64,000 nt of DNA from Candidatus Methanomethylicia archaeon. Lineage in GTDB: Archaea > Thermoproteota > Methanomethylicia > Culexarchaeales > Culexarchaeaceae. Under the pieces are notes generated by a model. It saw nothing but the letters and a program-made list of their open reading frames with translations, was not told the origin of the DNA and did no database searches. The stretch is taken from positions 1 through 64,000 of the forward strand of contig JAVYVS010000005.1 of NCBI GenBank assembly GCA_038727515.1. Reading direction: 5' to 3'. The position numbers were made by a program, and so were the translations under genes. This document shows positions 41,174 through 51,438 of the stretch, piece after piece. Numbering within the stretch: position 1 is the first letter of the stretch; the number at the start of each line of letters is the position of its first letter.

Positions 41174-42757
41174 ATGAACATTATTGAACATAATAGTATG
41201 AAAAAGAATTGGAGAATTACCCCTGTAAAATTTGCTTTGTGTTATCCAAATGCATATAGGGTTGGGATGTCTTGTTTAGCTACACACCTATTATACGAGA
41301 TTCTAAATATGAGAAATGATGTATTATGTGAAAGATTTTTTTATGATTCAAAGTTACCTATTCTATCTATAGAATCAAAAAAACCACTGAACTTATTTAA
41401 TATAATTGGTTTCTCAATGCAATATGAGTTGGATTATATTCACTCTATCAAAATGTTATTAAAGTCTGGGATCCCGCCATTATCAGATGACCGTAAAGAG
41501 GGTGATCCAATAGTATGTTTTGGAGGGCCTTCAGTAACTTCAAATCCCGAACCCTTAGCACCTTTTGCAGACGTAATTTTCATCGGGGAAGTAGAAGATA
41601 CTCTTAATCAATTTATAGACACTTTTTTGGAGCGGAGAAGTAGGAAGAGATTTGAAATCTTAGATGGCTTTTCAAAAATTCCTGGAGTTTATGTGCCAAA
41701 ACTAAATAATCGAGTAAAAAGAGTGTGGGTTAACAATTTAGATAAGGTGCCTCATGCGATTAGACAAATAATTCCCAAAGTTTCATCTAAAAGTTCCTTC
41801 CATCCTGTGTTGGGTAAATCATTTCTACTAGAAGTTTCAAGAGGTTGTGGATGGGGTTGTAGGTTTTGTCTTGAAGGATACAATTATTTACCGATGCGTT
41901 TTAGATCCTTCGAAAAACTAATTAAAATTCTAGATGATGGTTTAAAGTATACTCCTACAAACAATATTGTGATAATAGGTTCAGCAGCACTTTCACATCC
42001 AAACCTTAAGGAATTACTCAACTACTTACATATGCATGGTTACTTCTTCTCTATGCCCTCCCTAAGATTAGATCTTGTAGATGAGGATTTATTAATGCTT
42101 CTAAAGAAGGGTGGTCAAAGAACCCCTGTTTTTGCACCTGAAACTTCATCAGAACGTCTTTTGAATATCATAAATAAGAGGTTTGAATTGGATAGATTAT
42201 TTGATACTATTAGAATTGTAAAAAATGTTGGTTTTAAAAATGTTAAATTATATTTTATTTTGGGGTTACCTGGAGAAACTATTGATGATGTTCAATCGAT
42301 ATTGGATATTGTATGTAAAGTTGCTGACTTAGGGTTCATGGGATTAAGGAGCGTAAGATTATCCTTCTCCTTTTTCGTTCCTAAAGCTAACACTCCATTT
42401 CAATGGTTCGGTATGGAGAATAAAAAATCTTTAAAGGATAAAATCAATTTAATTAGGATGAAATTGAAAGGTGACAAAAGATTTGAAGTTAGGTTTCCAA
42501 GTATTAGGGAGAGTATGATTCAAGCTTTTATCTCTAGATCGGGTAGGGAAATATCTCCTATTCTTCTTTATGTTGCTAAAATTGATGGAAACTTGTCTTC
42601 TTGGTATGTTGCTGAAAAGCATTTTAAATTTTCTATCGAAGAAATAGTTACAAAAACTCTTGATTCATCAGTTCGCCTTCCTTGGGAGTTTTTTGATATT
42701 GGTTACGATCGTTTAATACTTTTTAAAGAGTTTAATAAAGCTATTAGTGAACTGTAA
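41174..42757 (+). CDS. Radical SAM protein with B12-binding-like N-terminal domain (COG1032 / TIGR03960-like)
   Basis: YPNAYRVGMS.L, YELDY, GGP..T.NPEP, EVSRGCGWGCRFC, APE, YFILGLPGET, FVPK.NTPFQW, LPW. Confidence 0.88.
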   Translation: MNIIEHNSMKKNWRITPVKFALCYPNAYRVGMSCLATHLLYEILNMRNDVLCERFFYDSKLPILSIESKKPLNLFNIIGFSMQYELDYIHSIKMLLKSGIPPLSDDRKEGDPIVCFGGPSVTSNPEPLAPFADVIFIGEVEDTLNQFIDTFLERRSRKRFEILDGFSKIPGVYVPKLNNRVKRVWVNNLDKVPHAIRQIIPKVSSKSSFHPVLGKSFLLEVSRGCGWGCRFCLEGYNYLPMRFRSFEKLIKILDDGLKYTPTNNIVIIGSAALSHPNLKELLNYLHMHGYFFSMPSLRLDLVDEDLLMLLKKGGQRTPVFAPETSSERLLNIINKRFELDRLFDTIRIVKNVGFKNVKLYFILGLPGETIDDVQSILDIVCKVADLGFMGLRSVRLSFSFFVPKANTPFQWFGMENKKSLKDKINLIRMKLKGDKRFEVRFPSIRESMIQAFISRSGREISPILLYVAKIDGNLSSWYVAEKHFKFSIEEIVTKTLDSSVRLPWEFFDIGYDRLILFKEFNKAISEL

Positions 42758-42832
42758 AACTATTTAAATCATACATAGTAAAAGAAATAATTTAAGTTAG
42801 TCTTTTTACATTAATTCTTGTGTGAATTCAAG

Positions 42833-43177
42833 ATGGCGATGGATTGGGAAACTTTAAGGAAGTACTTTCCAAATTTAGCTAAGGAAATTGAAGAAAATAC
42901 ATGTAAAATTTCATTAACTTATCGCAATACTCCACTTAGAGATTCTGAAGATCATCGTAAACCAAAGTTTAGAGGTTATGAACCAAATGTTATAGATTTC
43001 ATTAGAAGATGCGATTCCGTGTCTCAAGCACTTGAGATAGTAGATTTCTTGGAAAAGCGTAATGAACTGTCTCATGAAGAAGCTGAAAATATAAGGATTT
43101 TATTGAAAGAAAGAGGTGTTCGATTTTTTGGATCTAAAAAAGATCCTGGATGGTACTTTAAAGAAGACAATCGTTAA
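42833..43177 (+). CDS. DUF2095 family protein
   Basis: FPNLAKE, GYEP.VIDFIRRC, GVRFFGSKK..GWY. Confidence 0.85.
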   Translation: MAMDWETLRKYFPNLAKEIEENTCKISLTYRNTPLRDSEDHRKPKFRGYEPNVIDFIRRCDSVSQALEIVDFLEKRNELSHEEAENIRILLKERGVRFFGSKKDPGWYFKEDNR

Positions 43178-43200
43178 ATTATTGTTGAAAATTAGAATAA

Positions 43201-44418
43201 CTATTTTCTAGCTTTTGTTGCAACTATTTTGATTATATCATTCATTTTTAATTTAGCATTTTCTCCAATTCTCTGCTTAGTTCTAACATCTATTGCATAT
43301 AGAAAGGTGTCTCCCAACTCTTGGTGTATGATATATGCCAATTCTCTTGCTGTTGTTCCATTTTTAATTAATAAGGCGTCTGGAAGTATATTACCATAAT
43401 GATCCGATAATTTATTAATATCTTCTACAGGGTATACAACCATCATTTTCAGTATTTTAAATACCGCTGTATTAAGTATTTCTTGAACTCCAGTTCCACC
43501 CCATTTATTCAATACCCTTTCCTCTATTATTTTAAGTGCTTTTCTTTGATTTTGTGTTATTCTACTTTCATCAATAATTTCAAAATTTTCATCTCCAGGT
43601 GAATATTTTATAAGTCCTTTTTCAGCCGCTCTTCTAAGTACAAGTTCTGCTTCTGCACTACATGGAATTATTATTTCATTTGGATATTTCTCTTTAAGTT
43701 TTTTAATACCATCTTCAGCTGTGGGTAAATCTATCTTGTTTGCTGCAATTAATATTGGTTTGTTTATTTTTCTGAGTTCATAACAAAAGTTTATTAAATC
43801 TTCTTCATTCCATGAATTTAATTTCTTTCCTTCCAATCCTGTGTTTTCTAATGCTTTATTTACATGCTCCTTAGTTACTTGAAGACCACTTAATCTTTCT
43901 AATAATATTTCATCTACCTCTTTTTCTCTTATTTTAATCATTCTTTGCCAATCATTCATTATTATCTGTCTAATCCACATCACTATTTCTCTTTCTAAGA
44001 ATTCTACATCTTTACATGGATTGTATGTTCCTGGAGGAACTATTCTTCCTTCCTCATCTGTGGATCCAGAAGCATCTACAATATGAATTAATACTGATGC
44101 CCTTCTTAATTCATCTAAAAATTTGTTTCCTAAACCTCTACCTTTCCATGCATCTGGTACTAATCCGGCCACATCCATTAATTGAAATGGTATATATCTT
44201 ATTCCATTTATGCATATAGAATTTTTTGGGTTATCTTTTACATTGAATTCCCTGCATACGCATGGTATCTTTACATACGCTGTCCCTATATTTGGTTCTA
44301 TTGTTGTAAATGGATATGGTGCTATTTTCACAGGAATTAATGTTGCAGCTGAAAAAAATGTAGATTTTCCAGCATTTGGTTTTCCAACTATTCCACAAAG
44401 AATAATTATTCCTCCCAT
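43201..44418 (-). CDS. ychF: Obg-family ATPase YchF (archaeal type with TGS domain)
   Basis: GKPNAGKST, YPFTT, DVAGLV, GLGNKFL, NKID, C-terminal TGS. Confidence 0.95.
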   Translation of the reverse strand: MGGIIILCGIVGKPNAGKSTFFSAATLIPVKIAPYPFTTIEPNIGTAYVKIPCVCREFNVKDNPKNSICINGIRYIPFQLMDVAGLVPDAWKGRGLGNKFLDELRRASVLIHIVDASGSTDEEGRIVPPGTYNPCKDVEFLEREIVMWIRQIIMNDWQRMIKIREKEVDEILLERLSGLQVTKEHVNKALENTGLEGKKLNSWNEEDLINFCYELRKINKPILIAANKIDLPTAEDGIKKLKEKYPNEIIIPCSAEAELVLRRAAEKGLIKYSPGDENFEIIDESRITQNQRKALKIIEERVLNKWGGTGVQEILNTAVFKILKMMVVYPVEDINKLSDHYGNILPDALLIKNGTTARELAYIIHQELGDTFLYAIDVRTKQRIGENAKLKMNDIIKIVATKARK

Positions 44419-44494
44419 ATCTTTAATGACGTCTTTTATTTTGCACTATCCTTTTATTCTTTTTCTATTTATAAATTTGTTTAGAGTGATTCTT

Positions 44495-45832
44495 TTGAGG
44501 AGAGTAGTTATCGTTGGATTTGGTACAGCTGGTCTTAGAGCGGCTTTATCTGCTAAAGCTCAAAATCCGGGGTCAAATGTTATTGTTGTATCTGAAGAAC
44601 AATATTTAACGTATTCTCGTTGTGGGCTGCCCTTCGTTATTGGTGGTGATATAAAAAGTTTTGAAAATTTAATTGTGGTTTCTAATGCTATACTTCAAAA
44701 ATCTGGCATAGATTTAATTTTGGGTTTTAGAGCTATTGACGTTATTGGTAATACCCTATATATTGACAGTATTGATGGAAAGGAAAGTCGGCAAATAAAT
44801 TTTGATTCATTGGTAATTGCTACAGGTTCAAAACCATTTATTCCACCTATTAAAAATGTTAATATTAACAATGTCTTTACATTGAGGAGTATTGATGATG
44901 GTATAAAAATAATGAAATCTCTTAACAATATTAGGCACTTTGCTATAGTTGGGGCTGGTGCTATTGGATTAGAATGTGCTGAAGCATTTTCTAAGAGGGG
45001 GTTGACTGTTAGTGTAATAGAGCTTATGCCAAAGGTTTTACCTAATATTTTGGATCATGATATGGCTTTGCTAATACAGGAAGATATGGTAAATCATAAC
45101 GTTAATTTAAAATTAGGTAAAAGAGTTGAAGAGATACTTGGTTCTAATAGTGTTAAGGGTTTAGTAGTTAATGGTGAAATTATTGATTGCGATGCTGTAT
45201 TAATTGCCACTGGTGTTAAAGCAGATGTAGTTTTTGCTAAAAATATTGGTGTAGAACTGGGGTCAGTAGCTATTAAAACTGATGACTTCATGGAGACTTC
45301 AAAAACTGGAGTTTATGCTGCTGGAGATTGCGTTGAAACTAAAAATTTAATAACATCAAAACCCTTTACCCCATATTTAGGTACCGTTGCCTATAGACAG
45401 GGAAATGTTGCTGGTGCTAATGCTGCTGGGGGGTCTATGGTCTTTCCTGGTTCTCTTGGGTCTATTGTTTTAAGGATTTTTGATTATGAAATTGGATTTA
45501 CTGGTTTAACTAATGAACAAGCTGAAAAAGAGGGATTGAATACTATTGTGAGCAAAGTTAAATGGTATACTAAAGCCGAATACTTTCCTCATCATGGAGA
45601 CATAACTGTTAAATTAATTTTTGATGCTAATAGTAGGAAATTATTGGGATGCCAGATCGTTGGAACAAGTGATGTAGCTCAGAGAATTAATTTAGCATCA
45701 ATGGCTATTTCTATGGGGGCTAAAGTTGATGATCTCATTAAATTAGATACTTGTTATAGTCCTCCGGTTGCTGATGTAATTGAACCAATAGTTAAAGCTT
45801 CAGAAATAGCTTTAAAAAGATTTAAGAAGTGA
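44495..45832 (+). CDS. CoA-disulfide reductase / NADH oxidase family flavoprotein
   Basis: GFGTAG, YSRCGLP (redox Cys), ATGS, GAGAIGLE, YAAGDC, YSPP; start trimmed to TTG 44495 because the ORF track overlaps ychF. Confidence 0.9.
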   Translation: MRRVVIVGFGTAGLRAALSAKAQNPGSNVIVVSEEQYLTYSRCGLPFVIGGDIKSFENLIVVSNAILQKSGIDLILGFRAIDVIGNTLYIDSIDGKESRQINFDSLVIATGSKPFIPPIKNVNINNVFTLRSIDDGIKIMKSLNNIRHFAIVGAGAIGLECAEAFSKRGLTVSVIELMPKVLPNILDHDMALLIQEDMVNHNVNLKLGKRVEEILGSNSVKGLVVNGEIIDCDAVLIATGVKADVVFAKNIGVELGSVAIKTDDFMETSKTGVYAAGDCVETKNLITSKPFTPYLGTVAYRQGNVAGANAAGGSMVFPGSLGSIVLRIFDYEIGFTGLTNEQAEKEGLNTIVSKVKWYTKAEYFPHHGDITVKLIFDANSRKLLGCQIVGTSDVAQRINLASMAISMGAKVDDLIKLDTCYSPPVADVIEPIVKASEIALKRFKK

Positions 45833-45857
45833 ATATTTCTGGAGGTAAGAGGTAAAT

Positions 45858-46793
45858 ATGTTAAAGATATTAGTTGCCGATGAAATTTCAAATGAAGGTA
45901 TTGAAATTCTACGAAAAGCAGGTTTTATTGTAGATTTGAATTTTGATATTTCCTATGATGATTTAAAGAGGATCATTGGAAATTATGATGGTTTAATAGT
46001 TCGTAGCAGAACTAAAGTTGATCGTAGTATTATTGAAGCTGGAGTTAATTTACGTTTCATAGGTCGAGCAGGCGTGGGTTTAGATAATATTGATGTAAAA
46101 GCTGCTGAAGAAAGAAACATAATTGTTTTTAACACACCTGAAGCGCCTTCAACATCAGTATCTGAACTCTTTTTTGGACTACTTTTATCTTTGGTTAGGA
46201 AAATTTCAATTTGTGATAAACTTATGAAAATGGGGGAATGGCCAAAAAGACATGCTATGGGTTTTGAGTTAAGGGGTAAAACCCTTGGAATAATTGGACT
46301 AGGTAGAATTGGTAGAGAAATTGCTAAGAGGGCTAAAGCTTTTGAAATTCATGTAATCTATTATGATATAGTTCGCCCTGATACTTCCGTTGAAAGAGAG
46401 TTAGGTGTTCAATATATGGATTTCGATAATTTATTAAGGAATTCAGATATAGTTACGATACATTTACCTCTAACACCTCAAACTTATCATTTGATAAATG
46501 AAGATAAACTTAAAATTATGAAGAAAGGCGCTATACTTGTCAATACTTCTAGGGGTGCGATTATAGATGGTAAAGCATTACTCAATTATTTGAAAAATGG
46601 TCATTTATATGGCGCATGTTTAGATGTGTTTGAAAATGAACCTCCAAAGGAGCCTTGGGAGAAGGAGTTAATATCCCTTGAAAATGTTGTTGCTACTCCT
46701 CATATAGGTTCTATGACTATTGAAGCTCAAGATAGGGCTGCAGTTATCTTGGCAAATAAGATCATTGAATTTTTTAGGGGAAAAGGTTTATAA
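45858..46793 (+). CDS. D-2-hydroxyacid dehydrogenase (short SerA-like 3-phosphoglycerate dehydrogenase)
   Basis: RAGVGLDNID, GLGRIG, NTSRG, DVF..EP, TPHIG. Confidence 0.9.
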   Translation: MLKILVADEISNEGIEILRKAGFIVDLNFDISYDDLKRIIGNYDGLIVRSRTKVDRSIIEAGVNLRFIGRAGVGLDNIDVKAAEERNIIVFNTPEAPSTSVSELFFGLLLSLVRKISICDKLMKMGEWPKRHAMGFELRGKTLGIIGLGRIGREIAKRAKAFEIHVIYYDIVRPDTSVERELGVQYMDFDNLLRNSDIVTIHLPLTPQTYHLINEDKLKIMKKGAILVNTSRGAIIDGKALLNYLKNGHLYGACLDVFENEPPKEPWEKELISLENVVATPHIGSMTIEAQDRAAVILANKIIEFFRGKGL

Positions 46794-46794
46794 A
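46780..46794 (+). promoter_or_regulatory. BRE/TATA promoter of the rpl15e-RNase P-exosome superoperon
   Basis: GAAAAGG-TTTATAAA overlapping the stop codon of the upstream gene. Confidence 0.5.
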
Positions 46795-46850
46795 GAATGT
46801 TTTACTCCTATATCGGTAGTACGTCTAAAGTGTAGTGAGAGTTGATAGAG

Positions 46851-47414
46851 ATGTATAAGCATATATCTCTGTTGTGGAAGGATATTAGAAAGGGGAAATT
46901 TCCTGAATTAGTTAGAGCAAGACTTATAAAGTGGCGTAGAGAACCAACGGTCGTTAGGATCGATAAACCTACTAGACTTGATAGAGCTAGATCGCTTGGA
47001 TATAAGGATAAACAAGGGTTTGTTGTTGTTAGAGTTAGGGTTAGACGCGGGCCTATGAATAAAATTAGACCTGATAGTGGTAGACGACCAAAGAGAATGG
47101 GAGTTTATGGGCATTCTGTTCGTAAAAGCCTACAATGGATAGCTGAAGAAAAAGCTGCTAGAAAATATCCAAATCTTGAGGTTCTTTCAAGTTATTGGGT
47201 TGGTGAAGATGGTAGATATAAATGGTTTGAAGTCATTCTTGTTGATCCAAATCATCCAAGTATAATCAATGATAATAATATTAATTGGATTTGTAATCCA
47301 AGTCAACGTGGAAGAGTTTTTAGAGGGTTAACTCCTGCGGGTAGAAAGTCTAGAGGATTAAGATTAAAAGGTTCTAGAGCTGTTAAGAATAGGCCGAGCA
47401 GATCTTCTGCATGA
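46851..47414 (+). CDS. rpl15e: 50S ribosomal protein L15e
   Basis: [42 protein letters not shown]. Confidence 0.97.
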   Translation: MYKHISLLWKDIRKGKFPELVRARLIKWRREPTVVRIDKPTRLDRARSLGYKDKQGFVVVRVRVRRGPMNKIRPDSGRRPKRMGVYGHSVRKSLQWIAEEKAARKYPNLEVLSSYWVGEDGRYKWFEVILVDPNHPSIINDNNINWICNPSQRGRVFRGLTPAGRKSRGLRLKGSRAVKNRPSRSSA

Positions 47415-47480
47415 AATTTTTATATTTATCAATTTCTTTTATTTAACTGTTTATCAAATTAGATAATTTGGTTTTCTGGT

Positions 47481-47939
47481 ATGTCACTCAAAGATTTTCC
47501 TATAGCTGAAATTTTAATAAATGCTTTTTGTCATGCTACTGAAGATTTGGAAAAAGTGCGAAAAGCTATGTTAAACTTTATACCTGAGTTATATAGGTCA
47601 AGAATAGCTATTTCTGAAGATGTTCTAGAAGGGTATTATGGTAATAGGATATTAAATCTAAAAATTCATATATCTGATGTTGAGATAGTTAAAAATATTA
47701 TTGATTTTATTTGCAGAAATATTCATGAAGCTGATAAAAAGCTGATTTCAAGATCTTTTTTATCTAGATTAGATAGTTCTGGAAACCTATATTTAAGATT
47801 TGATAAAGGTGCAGCATATAATGGTCTCTTACGTTTACATGATGGTAGTGATGTAGTTAGAGTTGTTATAAAGTTTAAAGTTGCTAAAAAGCTTATAAAA
47901 GATTTTTGTGTTGATATTGGATTGATTATGGGTGTGTAG
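47481..47939 (+). CDS. RNA-binding protein, COG1325 (exosome-superoperon associated)
   Basis: HATED..KV, G.YGN.I, LYLRFDK. Confidence 0.88.
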   Translation: MSLKDFPIAEILINAFCHATEDLEKVRKAMLNFIPELYRSRIAISEDVLEGYYGNRILNLKIHISDVEIVKNIIDFICRNIHEADKKLISRSFLSRLDSSGNLYLRFDKGAAYNGLLRLHDGSDVVRVVIKFKVAKKLIKDFCVDIGLIMGV

Positions 47940-47941
47940 TT

Positions 47942-48700
47942 ATGGGTAGGAAATTTGTGGATCTACATGTTTTTTCAAATCTTTCTATAGGTTCATCACC
48001 TATTTCTGAAATAGTTAAGATGGCTTCTGATATGGGCTTTAAGTATATTGGCATAGCAGATTTTAACAAGAATAACATTAATGAAATTAAAGATGTTAAG
48101 AAATTATTTAATGATTATGGTTTAGACATGGTTAGTCGAATTGATTTATCTCCAAATAATGTTGAAGAACTAAAGAGGGATCTAAGGTTTTTAAGGAACA
48201 AAATTGAAATAATAGCGGTTTTTTGTAGTAATCTATCTGTTGCGAGATTTGCTGCTAGAGATAGTCGTGTTGATATACTCATGTTTTCCTATACTGATTG
48301 GAAAAACAACTTTTTTGATGTTTCTGAAGCTAAACTTGCAGTTGAGAATGAAGCTGCATATGAAATAAATATTGCAAATTTAATTAGATGCTCAAGTTTT
48401 AATGAAAGAATAAAAATGATGAGGATTATATCTGAGAATGTTAGAATTGCCTTAAAGTACAATGTGCCTATAATTATTTCATCTGGCGCTAAGAATGTTT
48501 TTGAACTGAGAGAGCCTAGAGCTATGGCTTCTATAGCTACACTTTTAGGTATTTCTGAATTTGATGCATTAAGATGTTTATCTGATGTTCCATTAAATTT
48601 GATCATCAGTAATAGAGATAAATTGTGTGGTAAATTGTTGTATAAAGGGGTTAAGTTATTAGGTAAAGTTGGTGATCAAAGTGAAGTTAAGGAGGAATAG
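47942..48700 (+). CDS. rnp3: Ribonuclease P protein component 3 (Rpp30)
   Basis: PHP-like DLH, RFAARD.RVDIL, SSGA...ELREPR. Confidence 0.9.
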   Translation: MGRKFVDLHVFSNLSIGSSPISEIVKMASDMGFKYIGIADFNKNNINEIKDVKKLFNDYGLDMVSRIDLSPNNVEELKRDLRFLRNKIEIIAVFCSNLSVARFAARDSRVDILMFSYTDWKNNFFDVSEAKLAVENEAAYEINIANLIRCSSFNERIKMMRIISENVRIALKYNVPIIISSGAKNVFELREPRAMASIATLLGISEFDALRCLSDVPLNLIISNRDKLCGKLLYKGVKLLGKVGDQSEVKEE

Positions 48701-49016
48701 ATATATTATTTTTACGGTTTTTTGTAGAGATAATGTTAATATTAGTTTTCGTGAAATTTTAAATTCAATTTTTAACTCAATATTGTCACTATTTGGGGAA
48801 GTTGGTGCAAGTAAAATTAGCTTTAGTTTGATGAGATATTACCCTGAAAAAAGGCTTGGGATTTTACGTTGTGATCATTTAAATTTAATTAAGATGAGGA
48901 GTGCATTAGCTTTTATCAAAGATATTGAGGGGAATAATGTAACCTTTAGGGTTATTAAAGTTACTGGTACCTTCAGGAAAGCTGAGAAAATCCTTAATAG
49001 TTTGTCTATTACTTAA
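48681..49016 (+). CDS. rnp2: Ribonuclease P protein component 2 (Pop5)
   Basis: RNRYI, LFGEVG, GILRC, VTGTFRKA. Confidence 0.9.
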   Translation: MKLRRNRYIIFTVFCRDNVNISFREILNSIFNSILSLFGEVGASKISFSLMRYYPEKRLGILRCDHLNLIKMRSALAFIKDIEGNNVTFRVIKVTGTFRKAEKILNSLSIT

Positions 49017-49021
49017 ATTTA

Positions 49022-49088
49022 TGGGGGATGAAGAAGCCGTCCCAGATGTTTGATGAATGGATGACATTCTCGCGACGAACAGACCCCA
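49022..49088 (+). ncRNA. Putative box C/D-type (K-turn) small RNA
   Basis: GC-rich island; terminal stem TGGGG/CCCCA; C ATGAAGA (49028-34), D' TTGA (49050-53), C' TGGATGA (49058-64), D CAGA (49080-83); two 15-nt spacers. Confidence 0.7.
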
Positions 49089-49157
49089 CTCTCATAGATA
49101 GAGTAAAGTTTATTGCTTAATTAAACATTAAACTAATAAAGTTAAGGTGATTAGAAA

Positions 49158-49871
49158 GTGTTTACACCACCTGGTATGGGTTATGATAGGGCTATAACCG
49201 TATTCTCTCCTGATGGTAGATTATTTCAAGTTGAATATGCAATGGAAGCTGTCAGAAGAGGATTTACTGCTCTTGGAATTAAATGTGTTGAAGGCGTGGT
49301 TCTAGCTGCTGAAAGGAGGAAAATCTTACCATTAATAGATTACTCATCTCTAGAAAAAATATTCAAGATAGATGAACATATTGGTATAACTTATGCAGGT
49401 TTTCCTTTCGATGCTAGAATATTAATAGATTATGCACGTCAGGAAGCACAAATAAATAGGATTCTATATGATGAACCTATTGATGTTGAAGTTTTAACGA
49501 AGAGGATTAGTGATGTTATGCAGATCTATACTCAACGTGGAGGTGTAAGGCCATTTGGTGTAGCGTTTTTAGTGGCTGGAGTAGATGATAATGGTCCAAG
49601 ACTTTTAATGACTGAACCAAGTGGCGCATATGCATCATATTTCGCTAGAGTTATTGGAGCTGGCAGTCAACAGGTTACTGAATTTCTTGAGAAGAATTAT
49701 AAATTTGAAATTTCTCTTAACGACGCTATAAGGATAGCTATTAATGCGTTAAAACCTGTGATTGAAGGACCTATGGAACCTGATAAATTAGAGCTTGGTG
49801 TTGTCTCAGTTAAAGATAGAATTTTCAGAAAATTATCTAGAAATGAGATAGCTTCGTTATTAGGCGTATAA
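49158..49871 (+). CDS. psmA: Proteasome alpha subunit
   Basis: YDRAITVFSPDGRLFQVEYA, RPFGV. Confidence 0.97.
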   Translation: MFTPPGMGYDRAITVFSPDGRLFQVEYAMEAVRRGFTALGIKCVEGVVLAAERRKILPLIDYSSLEKIFKIDEHIGITYAGFPFDARILIDYARQEAQINRILYDEPIDVEVLTKRISDVMQIYTQRGGVRPFGVAFLVAGVDDNGPRLLMTEPSGAYASYFARVIGAGSQQVTEFLEKNYKFEISLNDAIRIAINALKPVIEGPMEPDKLELGVVSVKDRIFRKLSRNEIASLLGV

Positions 49872-49978
49872 AGCGTTCTTCATTTCATAAAGATAAAAAT
49901 ATAATATTATTTTGACATAAAATTAGTATAAGTGCAATATTTATGGGCGAGGGTCCTCCTATAAATAGGGTGTATTAA

Positions 49979-50674
49979 ATGGGTTCGAAGAAAGATTTCA
50001 TTATTGCAAGGTATCTATATAAAGGTGAAAAATTTGAAATTCTCGTGGATCCAAAATCTGCATGGATGTTTAAACAAGGTGAACCTATCAGTCTAGACTC
50101 TGTTTTAGTGGGCGATATCATATATAAGGATGCAAACAAGGGACTGAAAGCTTCTGAAGAAGTTTTAAAGAAAGTTTTTGGAACTACAGATATTAGTAAA
50201 ATTGCTCCGATTATTTTGAAGAAAGGTGAATTGCAATTAACTGCTGAACAGAGGAAAGAAATGATAGAGAATAAGAAGAAACAAATTGTAAACTTTATAT
50301 CTAAGTGTTGTGTAGATCCTCGTACAAATCTTCCTCATCCCCCTAAACGTATAGAATTAGCTTTAGAGGAATTGGGCGCATCAATAGATCCATTTAAAGA
50401 TGCTGAAGAACAGGCAGTAAACATTATAAAAAGTTTAAAAAGCATTTTGCCATTGAAGGTTGCTAATGTCACCTTAATGGTTAAAGTAGGACCTGAATAT
50501 GCTGGTAAAGTATATGGGGTAATTTCAAGTTTTGGGGTTATAAAACGTTCTGAATGGTTGAATGATGGTTCTCTATTATGTGAATTGGAAATGCCAGCTG
50601 GGCTTCAATTATCTTTTATGGATAAAATTAATAAGCTATGTAAGGGGAACGTTGAAGTAAATATTCTACATTAA
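49979..50674 (+). CDS. Ribosome maturation factor SBDS/Sdo1
   Basis: KFEILV, FGTTD, QLTAEQR, PHPP.RIE. Confidence 0.95.
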   Translation: MGSKKDFIIARYLYKGEKFEILVDPKSAWMFKQGEPISLDSVLVGDIIYKDANKGLKASEEVLKKVFGTTDISKIAPIILKKGELQLTAEQRKEMIENKKKQIVNFISKCCVDPRTNLPHPPKRIELALEELGASIDPFKDAEEQAVNIIKSLKSILPLKVANVTLMVKVGPEYAGKVYGVISSFGVIKRSEWLNDGSLLCELEMPAGLQLSFMDKINKLCKGNVEVNILH

Positions 50675-50689
50675 TGGAGGGAAGTAAGT

Positions 50690-51382
50690 ATGTCTGTTAA
50701 AACTCGAAAATTTGTTTTTCCTGGGGATGTAATTGCTGAAGGCAATTTAAAAGCTGGTGCTCATACTTATTATGAAGAGGGTAAAATTTTCTCTTCAGTA
50801 TTTGGTTTATGTGAAATTAGAAATAAAGTGGTAAATGTAATTCCATTACATGGATTCTATGTTCCCAGAGTTGGAGATGTTGTTATTGGGATAATTGTAG
50901 ACAATTCACCTACAAGTTGGCAAGTTGATATAAATTCACCTTACATGGCTATATTACAAGTTTCTGATGCATTATCAAAACCAGTGGATGTAGCTAGGGA
51001 GGATATTAGGAAATACCTTAAGATTGGGGATATCTTAATGGCTGAAGTTATTGCCTTTGATAAACTTAGAAATCCATTAATTTCTATTAAGGGGAATGAG
51101 TTAGGTAAACTAGAACGTGGTTCCCTTATAACATTTTCACCAGTTAAAGTTCCGCGATTAATTGGTAGAAGAGGTTCTATGATAAATATGATTAAAAAGG
51201 AGCTTAATTGTAAAATCATGATAGGTAGAAATGGTAGAATTTGGGTTTCATCTGTAGATCCAAAAGTAGTAAACCTAGTGAAAAAAGTGATTTTCCTCGT
51301 TGAGGAGGAATCTCATTTACCTGGACTTACGGATAAAGTTAGATCATTAATATTGGAAGAGCGTGAAAAGATTGGTGAATAA
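50690..51382 (+). CDS. rrp4: Exosome RNA-binding subunit Rrp4
   Basis: PGD, YVPRVGDVVIG (S1), VPRLIGRRGSM (KH), GRNGRIW. Confidence 0.95.
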   Translation: MSVKTRKFVFPGDVIAEGNLKAGAHTYYEEGKIFSSVFGLCEIRNKVVNVIPLHGFYVPRVGDVVIGIIVDNSPTSWQVDINSPYMAILQVSDALSKPVDVAREDIRKYLKIGDILMAEVIAFDKLRNPLISIKGNELGKLERGSLITFSPVKVPRLIGRRGSMINMIKKELNCKIMIGRNGRIWVSSVDPKVVNLVKKVIFLVEEESHLPGLTDKVRSLILEEREKIGE

Positions 51383-51438
51383 CCATTTAACTTATATTTT
51401 TGGGATGTCAATTTTTTCTAGTCATTTTGTTTGGGGGG

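Noticed and set aside
44210-44494. Long N-terminal extension of the NADH oxidase ORF (similarly mbf1 13095-13226)
   Set aside because: It overlaps the divergent ychF (or pan) gene; the recognisable fold starts downstream, so the start was trimmed.
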